Shown: positions 23,648-32,073, counted from the first letter of the stretch. The stretch: 64,000 nt of DNA from Bacillota bacterium (GCA_050259635.1 JBLNBA010000001.1:7329-71328), one strand, 5' to 3'. The notes: generated by a model not told the origin, from the letters alone. Program-made: numbers and translations.

Positions 23648-25199
23648 AAATAGATGCCAGGCCGTCAAAATAGACCCGGGACCAAAGAGGAGAGCCGTCA
23701 AAATATTCCCTTAAATTATCAGTAGGTGATGGTTTGCTATCTTTAATATTGAAAAAAATTCTTTCCCATTTCTTATACTGATAAGTCCGATCACTTGAAT
23801 ATATGATAGCCGTATCGATGCCATGCTTTTCTATGGCCGCCCCTATATCTTCAAAGCCATATCTCAAAGCTCGATATTCTTCTAAAATCGTTCGGTTCCC
23901 ATATCGCTCCTGAGGCATCCGTCCATCAATGAAATAGTCAAGCTCGGGCGCTGAATAAAGGAGAAACCCTCCCCAATTGAACTCGTTGAATATCCGTCTC
24001 GATTTTACCTGGCTTAAAGATTCCAAATACTCCACAGCTGCGCAAGGGTATTTTTGTCCACAATAGGCCAGAATCGGATGCAGACCGTAAGGTATCTTCA
24101 CGAGAAGGATAATAGACAGGCCCGCTAAGGATATTGCCGCCAATACTCGCAGCCTGGTAACCATCTGGCCACCTAATTTCGGTAAATCGCTGAAGATATC
24201 TTCCAAAAATAACGTACAGAGGGGTAAGGTAATCAAGGCGAACAAAGGGAAATGTCGACGAGAGCGCCAGGCAAGGATATAAAAAATGATGAATACTCCA
24301 TATTCCCAAAGAGTCCCCCTTTTTACTTCCCGCCAGCGATAAATATGCCAAGTTGCCAGGGCTGAAACCAAAGCTAAATAGGCTAATTGAGGATAATATA
24401 AAGGAAGTGAATATTGGCCAAGCCACTCCTGGATATACCCCATATAGGACGTATTGGTATAACCGGCCAATAAGCCATACAACCTGAATCCATACGGGTT
24501 TATTAACGTCGCCGCCAAAGACATGACCCAGGAAGCAGTAATAAACCAGCGATCACGGTTGGTAAATGATATTATCGGAAGTCCAACAGCTTGGCTAATC
24601 CGCCGCACTAAAGGCACAAGCCAAAGATAGACAGTGTATGCCCCTAGTAAGGCTAGCCCCAAAAGGAAGCTACCATGGAAATTAGACCAGAGAAGAAAAA
24701 GGGTGGGCATTATATAAAGGAAGTGCTTGGGTCTGACCCAAGTGATGACATACATAATGACTACCGAAAAAAGCAAGCCAAATTCCTGGACCCTTAAACC
24801 CAGATGTGGCCGACTCGCCCAAACAGCCAAAACCCCAAGAAGGAAGGCGTATCCCAAGCTATTTTTTTTAGCCCCATGCCATACAGCTAAAGCTACGGCC
24901 GTGAGGGCCACTAGAGCAAAGAGCAGATGCAGGACGCCAAACCCGGCTAATTTAGTCACCCCAGCCATACCTGCATTTAGAAGCCACTCATGATCGATCC
25001 AATCTCTTTGGAGCGTAAAATTGTAGAAGTTTTCCCGAGGAGCCTGCCCGCTGTCCAAGATATCGTTACCAACACGAAGATGCCATCCTAGGTCAGAATC
25101 AGAATATGAATAAGAATTAAATATAAGAATAGATAAGAAAAAAATAAGGCCGCTGCCGATCAATATTCCTCTTGACAAGTTCTTTTTTTTCTTATCCAT
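23631..25199 (-). CDS. large polytopic membrane protein, possible GT-C-type glycosyltransferase
   Basis: About 12 hydrophobic segments, an early loop SDSDLGWHLRVGN...DHEWL, and a soluble C-terminal domain. Family not firmly recognised. Confidence 0.45.
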   Translation of the reverse strand: MDKKKKNLSRGILIGSGLIFFLSILIFNSYSYSDSDLGWHLRVGNDILDSGQAPRENFYNFTLQRDWIDHEWLLNAGMAGVTKLAGFGVLHLLFALVALTAVALAVWHGAKKNSLGYAFLLGVLAVWASRPHLGLRVQEFGLLFSVVIMYVITWVRPKHFLYIMPTLFLLWSNFHGSFLLGLALLGAYTVYLWLVPLVRRISQAVGLPIISFTNRDRWFITASWVMSLAATLINPYGFRLYGLLAGYTNTSYMGYIQEWLGQYSLPLYYPQLAYLALVSALATWHIYRWREVKRGTLWEYGVFIIFYILAWRSRRHFPLFALITLPLCTLFLEDIFSDLPKLGGQMVTRLRVLAAISLAGLSIILLVKIPYGLHPILAYCGQKYPCAAVEYLESLSQVKSRRIFNEFNWGGFLLYSAPELDYFIDGRMPQERYGNRTILEEYRALRYGFEDIGAAIEKHGIDTAIIYSSDRTYQYKKWERIFFNIKDSKPSPTDNLREYFDGSPLWSRVYFDGLASIYEKTE

Positions 25200-25302
25200 A
25201 TAGACATTTTATCACACGCCCTCTTGTTTGTCTTTCATGGTTACTTATGATAAAATAAAAGTATTATTTGAAACTATCAACAACTAGAAAGGTGGTGAAT
25301 TT

Positions 25303-25692
25303 ATGAAAAAAAGAATCGCTAAACATCTACTGGCCTTCGCTCTTCTTACCTTATTCGCCCTCCCGATGGTGACTTTCGCCCAATCGGGAAACATCGACGT
25401 GGGTTTGAATGAAATCGAGCAGGGATTCGGAGATAACGGCTTAGGGAACGTTGATCCTCGCGTTACCGTCGCCAAGTTGATTAACACCGCCATGCTCTTC
25501 CTGGGCATCATTGCTGTCGTCATCATCTTGCTGGCTGGTTTCAAGTGGATGACTTCCGGAGGCAACGAGGACAAGGCAGCTGAAGCTCGCAAGCTTCTAG
25601 GCGCTGGCGTCATCGGTTTAGTTATCATTTTGTCCGCTTGGGGCATCGCCACCTTCGTTCTTGACAGACTTATCCAAGCGACCAACGAATAA
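25303..25692 (+). CDS. TrbC/VirB2-like pilin-family protein (paralog 1)
   Basis: SD-like aaaggtgg upstream. Signal segment ends ..VTFAQ. Core is LFLGIIAVVIILLAGFKWMTSGGNEDKAAEARKLLGAGVIGLVIILSAWGIATFV. Confidence 0.7.
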   Translation: MKKRIAKHLLAFALLTLFALPMVTFAQSGNIDVGLNEIEQGFGDNGLGNVDPRVTVAKLINTAMLFLGIIAVVIILLAGFKWMTSGGNEDKAAEARKLLGAGVIGLVIILSAWGIATFVLDRLIQATNE

Positions 25693-25782
25693 CCGTTTCT
25701 AAGATCGATTTTAGAAAAGGAGGCCCTTGCACGCAGGGGCCACCGCCCCGTAAATCAGCACTGCTGGTTTCCGGAGCGGTGA

Positions 25783-26190
25783 ATGAATAATATGAAAATA
25801 CATACACTTCGCCGCCTAGCGGCCTGCTTGATATTAACCAGCGCCTTGTTAGCCGGTTTTTTTATACCCACATCATCCTGGGCACAAACCGAGAACAATT
25901 ACGGCTTAGATGACAGCGCCGAAAAGGTAGGGGCCTACCAAGCGCAGATCAATAGCTCGGATAACTTCCTTACGACCAAGGTGGGAAGTATAATAGGGAT
26001 AGTCCTTTCCTTCGTCGGTGTTATTTTCCTTGTACTTATTATTTATGCCGGACTTAATTGGATGACCGCTTCCGGTAATGCAGATAAGGTTGGCAAGTCT
26101 AAGGATATGATGATTAACGCCGTTATCGGCCTTATCATCGTCCTGGCCGCCTACGCCATAACCGCCTTCGTCGGGGATCGCTTGCTCTAG
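25783..26190 (+). CDS. TrbC/VirB2-like pilin-family protein (paralog 2)
   Basis: Signal segment ends ..SSWAQ. Core is FVGVIFLVLIIYAGLNWMTASGNADKVGKSKDMMINAVIGLIIVLAAYAITAFV. Confidence 0.7.
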   Translation: MNNMKIHTLRRLAACLILTSALLAGFFIPTSSWAQTENNYGLDDSAEKVGAYQAQINSSDNFLTTKVGSIIGIVLSFVGVIFLVLIIYAGLNWMTASGNADKVGKSKDMMINAVIGLIIVLAAYAITAFVGDRLL

Positions 26191-26192
26191 AT

Positions 26193-26594
26193 ATGAAATT
26201 GACTATCAAAAAAGCTATTGCCTCATTATATCTGGTGCTTGCCAGCGGATTTATTATGGCACCAGCCCTTGCCCAGACTTATGATTTCTCTAGCCAAAGC
26301 GGTCTAAATGAAACTGGAGTAGCCGCTGGCTATGACACCGGCAACGAGGCACCGACTGTCGAAGGATATGTAAGCCGTATTATTACAATTGTCCTGTCTT
26401 TGCTGGGAGTTATATTCCTGGGTTTGACCATATATGCCGGGCTTATCTGGATGATGGCTCAAGGCAATGAGGCGAGGGTGAGTAAAGCTAAAGAACTGCT
26501 GACAGAAGCGGTAATTGGCGTACTCGTAGTTTTGGCCGCCTATGCAATAAGCATTTTCGTTCTCAAAGCCACAACAGGCACTTTGCTTAAATGA
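26193..26594 (+). CDS. TrbC/VirB2-like pilin-family protein (paralog 3)
   Basis: Signal segment ends ..PALAQ. Core is LLGVIFLGLTIYAGLIWMMAQGNEARVSKAKELLTEAVIGVLVVLAAYAISIFV. Confidence 0.7.
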   Translation: MKLTIKKAIASLYLVLASGFIMAPALAQTYDFSSQSGLNETGVAAGYDTGNEAPTVEGYVSRIITIVLSLLGVIFLGLTIYAGLIWMMAQGNEARVSKAKELLTEAVIGVLVVLAAYAISIFVLKATTGTLLK

Positions 26595-26595
26595 C

Positions 26596-26940
26596 ATGTT
26601 TTTTAAACTTATACAATCCGTCTCAGCCGCTAATCTAAAAGATGCTTTCGACACTAGCGCCAATAAGCCCTTGTCTACCGTTGCGGAAAAAGGCGCCGGA
26701 TTCTTGCCGGGAATATCACTTGAAACCCAAGCGGGAAATATAATTACCGCCATCTTATCGCTCCTGGGCATCTTGTTTGTTGTCTATGGCGTATATGGGG
26801 GTTTTGTCTTTATGATGGCCAGTGGCAACCCGGAAAAAACAAAGCACGGAGTTGCAATCATCACCCAAGCCTTGACCGGCATGATCATTATCCTGGCCGC
26901 CTATGCGATCTCATATTTTATCATCAAAATCATCACCTAA
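26596..26940 (+). CDS. TrbC/VirB2-like pilin-family protein (paralog 4, shortest, atypical N-terminus)
   Basis: Core is LLGILFVVYGVYGGFVFMMASGNPEKTKHGVAIITQALTGMIIILAAYAISYFI. The N-terminus MFFKLIQSVSAANL is a weak signal. Confidence 0.65.
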   Translation: MFFKLIQSVSAANLKDAFDTSANKPLSTVAEKGAGFLPGISLETQAGNIITAILSLLGILFVVYGVYGGFVFMMASGNPEKTKHGVAIITQALTGMIIILAAYAISYFIIKIIT

Positions 26941-26943
26941 CCT

Positions 26944-27378
26944 ATGAAAACTAGAGCTATCAAGCCAATATTTACCTTCCTCCTACTGACCGCCGTTATG
27001 ATCCTGCCCTATTTCGTCTTTGCCCAGACAACGACGGGTGGGACGATTAATACCGGGTCTCAAGCAAACCCCATCCAGATGCTGGAAAATGTAGCTACCG
27101 GCCAATCCGGACAGGGCGGGCCCTATCAGGCCGCTGATGAAAGTACTCTTCCCCAAATTGTGGGCCTAATCGTTAACGCCGCCCTCGGCTTGCTTGGCAT
27201 CATCTTTATCATCCTCATCATCTATGCGGGCTATCTCTGGATGGCCGCATCCGGGAACCAAGCAGCTGTCGATAAGGCAAAAAAAATCATCACCAGTTCA
27301 ATCATCGGGCTAGTCATCGTTCTAAGCTCCTGGTCCATCTGGGTATTCGTGCTGCAGAATTTGATTTCTAAGTTCTAA
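26944..27378 (+). CDS. TrbC/VirB2-like pilin-family protein (paralog 5)
   Basis: Signal segment ends ..FVFAQ. Core is LLGIIFIILIIYAGYLWMAASGNQAAVDKAKKIITSSIIGLVIVLSSWSIWVFV. Confidence 0.7.
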   Translation: MKTRAIKPIFTFLLLTAVMILPYFVFAQTTTGGTINTGSQANPIQMLENVATGQSGQGGPYQAADESTLPQIVGLIVNAALGLLGIIFIILIIYAGYLWMAASGNQAAVDKAKKIITSSIIGLVIVLSSWSIWVFVLQNLISKF

Positions 27379-27382
27379 CTTT

Positions 27383-27811
27383 ATGAAGAAAATATTTGTG
27401 CCGATCTTCCTCGCCCTCTTTCTTTTTCTGGCCGGCACCAACGTCCAAGCCCAAACAAGCACCGATTTGATAGACACGATAGCCGGACCGGCGGATGCAA
27501 TGCGCTCCACAACCGGTCTAGCCGAATTTACTATTGGTAGCCTGATCGCCTTGATAATCAAGGTCGCGCTTGGCCTACTGGGCGTGATCTTCATCATCTT
27601 GATCATTTTCTCCGGCTACCGCTGGATGACCGCCTCCGGCAATGAAGAAGCAGTTAATAAGTCGAAGAAGACCATCCAAATGGCAATCATTGGTCTGGTT
27701 ATCGTCTTGGCTGCTTATTCCATAACCTACTTCGTGTTTGAAAGACTGCCCTTCGGAGGAATTGGGGCATCTCCTTCGTCCGGCAACCTGCAAGGAAGCG
27801 GTACGGATTAA
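27383..27811 (+). CDS. TrbC/VirB2-like pilin-family protein (paralog 6)
   Basis: Signal segment ends ..NVQAQ. Core is LLGVIFIILIIFSGYRWMTASGNEEAVNKSKKTIQMAIIGLVIVLAAYSITYFV, with a G/S-rich C-terminal tail. Confidence 0.7.
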   Translation: MKKIFVPIFLALFLFLAGTNVQAQTSTDLIDTIAGPADAMRSTTGLAEFTIGSLIALIIKVALGLLGVIFIILIIFSGYRWMTASGNEEAVNKSKKTIQMAIIGLVIVLAAYSITYFVFERLPFGGIGASPSSGNLQGSGTD

Positions 27812-27837
27812 ATTTTATATTTCATTCTTATATTAAA

Positions 27838-27870
27838 AAAGGCCGCCTATAAGGTGGCCTTTATCTTTTC
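27838..27870. terminator. bidirectional terminator between the pilin array and a convergent gene
   Basis: aaaggccgcc-tataa-ggtggccttt hairpin (one G-U pair) flanked by an A-run and T-rich sequence. Confidence 0.6.
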
Positions 27871-28747
27871 AGTTCGCCCACACAATCGTGGATTTTACAT
27901 TTCTCGTTGGGTAGACATACCAATGCAGAATCTCCGCATTAAAGCCTAATTTTGTCTTGTTTGATACGGTGAATACATATTCCTTTTCGATTTGCTGTCC
28001 ATACGCGTAGGAAACCGCGGTATATTTTCCTGGAAGTAAATAGGCCTCGACCGTCTGTCCCGGCTGAAGGATGGCGTCAAATGAATCGACACTTTCCTTT
28101 TCATTTCTGATTCTTATTTGATATAGAGTATTAGTCGGATTATATACCTTTCCCTTATACCCCATTATCGAATCAACCACGACCGGCGACTCTCGCATTT
28201 TAGTAACAGCCATGCTGAAAATTTTCGCTTGAGCCTCCGTTTTGGCGTCATCAAGGACTACCTCGTTACTACTTAACCGGCGTTTTTTATTACAATTTGA
28301 AATTGCGACCGGTACCTTGTCATCCATTGCTTCACTGATGCTTTTTTTCTGGAACATATTAAGCATCCCGTTCATATCCCGGATAGTGTCAAGTAAGAAT
28401 TTCTCTTTAAGGAGTAAGCTTTTGTATGCCCAGGGGTTATCATTAAAGTGATAATTTTTTATCTGGGCATCCAGGATCTTTATGCGCTTCAGAAATGCGT
28501 CTTTCATCTCAAGCGTTAAGCCCGAACCGTCATCCGCCCTCCTCTGAAGACTATCTCTGGTAGCTATTAGTTCAGCCTTGCTTATCGGCCTATTACTGAT
28601 TTCACCCCGGACCTTATTAAGCTCGGCGTTGAAACGGGCAATACTAGCCCGCAGTTGTTGTTCTTCCTTAGTCTGCTGCTTTGTCTGACTTACCGCAGAG
28701 ATGCTCATCAGAACGAAAAGAAGGATGAAAAAATTTAGCTTTTTCAT
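27869..28747 (-). CDS. secreted hypothetical protein (292 aa)
   Basis: Signal peptide MKKLNFFILLFVLMSISAVSQ, an N-terminal coiled-coil-like region and a beta-rich C-terminus. No family recognised. Confidence 0.5.
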   Translation of the reverse strand: MKKLNFFILLFVLMSISAVSQTKQQTKEEQQLRASIARFNAELNKVRGEISNRPISKAELIATRDSLQRRADDGSGLTLEMKDAFLKRIKILDAQIKNYHFNDNPWAYKSLLLKEKFLLDTIRDMNGMLNMFQKKSISEAMDDKVPVAISNCNKKRRLSSNEVVLDDAKTEAQAKIFSMAVTKMRESPVVVDSIMGYKGKVYNPTNTLYQIRIRNEKESVDSFDAILQPGQTVEAYLLPGKYTAVSYAYGQQIEKEYVFTVSNKTKLGFNAEILHWYVYPTRNVKSTIVWAN

Positions 28748-28877
28748 GATTTATGGTTTTTTTGTTGTTAATATACAATTTTTGCTTAATTCTAGTATAA
28801 AAGTTATCAAATACACCAGAATGTAATAATATATCATATTTAGGTTATATTGTCAATGACTTTTCCACAAGGCATTC

Positions 28878-28906
28878 TTGACTTTGTTAGTTAGATATGA
28901 TATAAA
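28878..28906 (+). promoter_or_regulatory. sigma70-type promoter TTGACT-17-TATAAA with TG extension
   Basis: TTGACT at 28878-28883, TG at 28898-28899, TATAAA at 28901-28906. Confidence 0.5.
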
Positions 28907-28916
28907 GTTAAGTCGC

Positions 28917-28959
28917 AAAAATCCCTGCTTGGATTATCCATATAATGTAGGGATTTTTT
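28917..28959 (+). promoter_or_regulatory. terminator-like hairpin in the 5' leader of the 3D-domain gene
   Basis: aaaaatccct ... agggattttt 10-bp stem with a 22-nt loop and trailing Ts. It starts a few nt after the predicted transcription start. Confidence 0.35.
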
Positions 28960-28985
28960 GTTTGAGCAAATAACCTTACGCTAAT

Positions 28986-29594
28986 ATGAAGATTTTCAAG
29001 ATCAGCGAGGAAATCGTGCCCCTCAGTAGACGCCAACAGGCTGTCCTCGCTTTAATAATTACCCTTGTCTTCCAGTTTCTCCTGTTTTTCGCTCCGGTTC
29101 TGGCCGCAGAAGCCGTCGAACAAGATAGGATACAGACTGTTAAGGTAGAGGCAACTAAAGGCGAAGCCGACCCCGTCGTGGCCGCTTTAATAAGCGAAGT
29201 CCAGGCCTCACCTTTACCAGTCGAGGAAATTGCATCCACACCAGAACCGACGGTGCAGCCAGAGGCTGAAACGGTGAAGGTTATCCGCACCAGCACCCAT
29301 GTCATGACTGCCTATAATTCAGAGGCCGCCCAAACGGATGGTTCCCCTTGTATCACCGCCAATGGTTTCAATGTTTGCGAACATGGGACAGAGGATACGA
29401 TAGCGGCAAACTTCCTTAAATTCGGCACCAAGGTTCGCATTCCTGATTTATATGGCGATAGGATATTCGTCGTTCGCGATCGAATGAATAAAAGATATTC
29501 GGATCGCGTCGATATCTGGATGGTCCACAAAGCAGACGCTCTGAAGTTCGGTGTCCGAACTGCCAAGATTGAAGTTGTCGAAGTAATTGAATAA
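28986..29594 (+). CDS. 3D-domain (MltA/YabE-like double-psi beta-barrel) cell-wall-associated protein
   Basis: N-terminal TM/signal segment. C-terminus TAYNSEAAQTDGSPCITANG...TIAANFLKFGTKVRIPDLYGDRIFVVRDRMNKRYSDRVDIWM is typical of 3D domains. Confidence 0.7.
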   Translation: MKIFKISEEIVPLSRRQQAVLALIITLVFQFLLFFAPVLAAEAVEQDRIQTVKVEATKGEADPVVAALISEVQASPLPVEEIASTPEPTVQPEAETVKVIRTSTHVMTAYNSEAAQTDGSPCITANGFNVCEHGTEDTIAANFLKFGTKVRIPDLYGDRIFVVRDRMNKRYSDRVDIWMVHKADALKFGVRTAKIEVVEVIE

Positions 29595-29617
29595 GATAAT
29601 TTTCAGTTCACATACAA

Positions 29618-29642
29618 AAAGCCCGCTTGCCGCGGGCTTTTT
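29618..29642. terminator. bidirectional intrinsic terminator
   Basis: aaagcccgc-ttgcc-gcgggcttt hairpin between convergent genes. Confidence 0.65.
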
Positions 29643-29664
29643 GCTATAAACACAGCCTTTATTA

Positions 29665-32073
29665 TTAAAACAGGAAAGAGAAAATGCTACGGGATAGGGA
29701 ACGTTCTTTTTTTGCAAGGTTTATCGTGGTGGGGATGACAGTATCTGGTATAAGAGAAATGCTATTGATGCCCGCCTTCATCAGGAACTCAGCAAAGTCC
29801 GGAAAATCACTGGGGCCCTGGCCGCAGATTCCCACTTTTCTCTTTCTCTTCTTGGCAACAACCAAGAGCTGCTTGATCATCGCCTTAACTGCCTCATTCT
29901 TTTCATTAGAAACGCCTTCGATTTTGAGACTTCCTCCGGAATCACGGTCGATTCCCAAAAGCAACTGGGTCAAATCATTAGAACCAATCGAGAAGCCGTC
30001 AAAAATATCGCAAAACTTATCCGCAAGTACGATATTCGATGGTATTTCTGCCATTACATATACTTCCAAGCCATTTACTCCCCTCTTCAAGCCATTACGT
30101 GCCATTATTTCCTGCACCCGCTTTCCTTCTTCGACCGTACGACAAAAGGGGACCATCAGTTTGAGATTGGTTAAGCCATAGTCATCTCGCACCTTCTTCA
30201 TCGCCTTGCATTCCAGATTGAAAGCAGGTACAAACTGCTTCGCATAATATCTGCTTGCCCCTCGCCAGCCGATCATCGGATTTGATTCGATCGGTTCGAA
30301 CTCCTTACCCCCGATCAGGTTAGCATATTCATTGGTCTTGAAGTCAGAAAGGCGGACAATCACATCTTTCGGATAAAATGCGGCTGATATTATCGCGACG
30401 CCCTGAGCCAGACGATCGACAAAGTATTGAGCTTTATCCTCATATCCGGCAGTCAATTCTTCGATTTGCTTCTTTGCGTCTGGATCGGCAATATTAGGAT
30501 AATTTATCAAAGCTAAAGGATGGATTTTAATGTAATTATTAATGATGAATTCCAACCTCGCCAGGCCCACGCCGTCATTAGGGATAAAAGACTGGGCAAA
30601 GGCCATTTCCGGCTCTCCTATATTCATCATTATCTTCGTTCTTTTCGGTCGCTTAAGGTTCTTGATGTCGGTGCTCTTGATTTCAAAAGGAAGCTTGCCC
30701 TCATAGACAACTCCTTCTTCGCCCTCTGCACAGCTGATGGTAATATTTTTCTTATTGGCAATCTGTGCCGATCCTTTGTTCGTACCAACAATGCAGGGGA
30801 TCCCTAATTCTCGGGAAACGATCGCCGCATGGCAAGTCCTTCCCCCTTTATCAGTTACAATGGCGGCTGCTATCTTCATGATCGGTTCCCAGTCCGGATC
30901 AGTCATATCCGTGACCAAAACTTCCCCCTCCTTAAATGAATGAATTTCAGCTACATCCATTATCCGATGCGCTTTCCCAGCACCTATCCGATTGCCAACG
31001 CTCTGGCCTTTAATTATTACTTTTCCAGTCTTTTGGAGTCGGAACTCTTCCACAACAGCCAGATTACGGATGCTCTGGACGGTCTCGGGCCTTGCTTGGA
31101 TAATATACAATTCACTATTACGGCCATCTAATGCCCATTCTATATCCATCGCTCTTCCATAGTGTTTTTCAATAACCATGCCCCACTTGGCCAACTGCTT
31201 TACCTGGTTATCCGTGATGGAGGGCTTATTCCGGACCAAAGCAGGAACGGTTATATTCTTTACCGGAGATTTTCCGCCTTTATTATATATCATCCGCATC
31301 GCCTTCTTCCCGATAGAGCGGGATATGATGGCTAAAGTCGGCTTAAAGACATAGAATTCGTCAGGATTAACCCTTCCTTGGACAATATTTTCTCCTAAGC
31401 CATAAATAGAGTTTATAAGGACCGTATTCCGGAAACCGGATTCAGTATCGATCGTAAACATCACTCCGGATGATCCAAGGTCCGAGCGCACCATCTTCTG
31501 GACTCCGACAGAAAGAGCGATGGAAAAATGATCAAAACCCTTATCGACGCGATAAGAAATAGCACGATCGGTAAAAAGGGAAGCGATACAACGCTTAACG
31601 GCTATAAGTAGCGCTTTTTCTCCAACGATATTTAGGAATGTCTCTTGCTGCCCGGCAAAAGAAGCATCAGGCAAGTCCTCGGCGGTAGCGCTGGAACGAA
31701 CGGCCACATCAAGGGATTTTACTTTACTCTCCGCAGATAATCTCTTATAGGCAGAAATAATGTCCTTTTTAAGTTCCAAAGGAAGCTGAACCGACATAAT
31801 CGCCTCTCTAACCTTCTTCCCCCGTGACATGAGATTACGCGTATCTCCAGTATCTAGATCGCTCAAAATTTCCTTAATCTTCGTTTTCAATCCTGTACTT
31901 TCCAAAAAATCAAAGTAGGCCTCAGCGGTAGTCGCGAAACCGTTTGGAACTTTTATCCCTTCTGGTTTAAGTTTCCGATACATTTCGCCCAAAGAAGCAT
32001 TCTTTCCTCCGACTGAGGGCACATCCTTGATGGATAGCTCCTCAAAAAAACGTACATACGCGGGCTTAGTCAT
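29665..32073 (-). CDS. ppsA: phosphoenolpyruvate synthase (pyruvate, water dikinase)
   Basis: VGGKNASLGEM ATP-grasp start, phosphohistidine loop GGRTCHAAIVSRELGIPCIVG, and a C-terminal PEP-utilising TIM domain. 802 aa. Confidence 0.9.
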   Translation of the reverse strand: MTKPAYVRFFEELSIKDVPSVGGKNASLGEMYRKLKPEGIKVPNGFATTAEAYFDFLESTGLKTKIKEILSDLDTGDTRNLMSRGKKVREAIMSVQLPLELKKDIISAYKRLSAESKVKSLDVAVRSSATAEDLPDASFAGQQETFLNIVGEKALLIAVKRCIASLFTDRAISYRVDKGFDHFSIALSVGVQKMVRSDLGSSGVMFTIDTESGFRNTVLINSIYGLGENIVQGRVNPDEFYVFKPTLAIISRSIGKKAMRMIYNKGGKSPVKNITVPALVRNKPSITDNQVKQLAKWGMVIEKHYGRAMDIEWALDGRNSELYIIQARPETVQSIRNLAVVEEFRLQKTGKVIIKGQSVGNRIGAGKAHRIMDVAEIHSFKEGEVLVTDMTDPDWEPIMKIAAAIVTDKGGRTCHAAIVSRELGIPCIVGTNKGSAQIANKKNITISCAEGEEGVVYEGKLPFEIKSTDIKNLKRPKRTKIMMNIGEPEMAFAQSFIPNDGVGLARLEFIINNYIKIHPLALINYPNIADPDAKKQIEELTAGYEDKAQYFVDRLAQGVAIISAAFYPKDVIVRLSDFKTNEYANLIGGKEFEPIESNPMIGWRGASRYYAKQFVPAFNLECKAMKKVRDDYGLTNLKLMVPFCRTVEEGKRVQEIMARNGLKRGVNGLEVYVMAEIPSNIVLADKFCDIFDGFSIGSNDLTQLLLGIDRDSGGSLKIEGVSNEKNEAVKAMIKQLLVVAKKRKRKVGICGQGPSDFPDFAEFLMKAGINSISLIPDTVIPTTINLAKKERSLSRSIFSFLF

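Noticed and set aside
28878-28985. Cyclic-di-AMP (ydaO-type) riboswitch upstream of the 3D-domain cell-wall gene
   Set aside because: The leader is only about 70 nt and is dominated by one hairpin. That is too short for the pseudo-symmetric ydaO architecture, and I could not see its conserved ACGR/GGGGA-type elements.
29684-31131. Antisense ORFs within ppsA (165, 95, 68 and 63 aa)
   Set aside because: They lie entirely inside a gene with unambiguous PEP synthase motifs on the opposite strand, and no motifs of their own.
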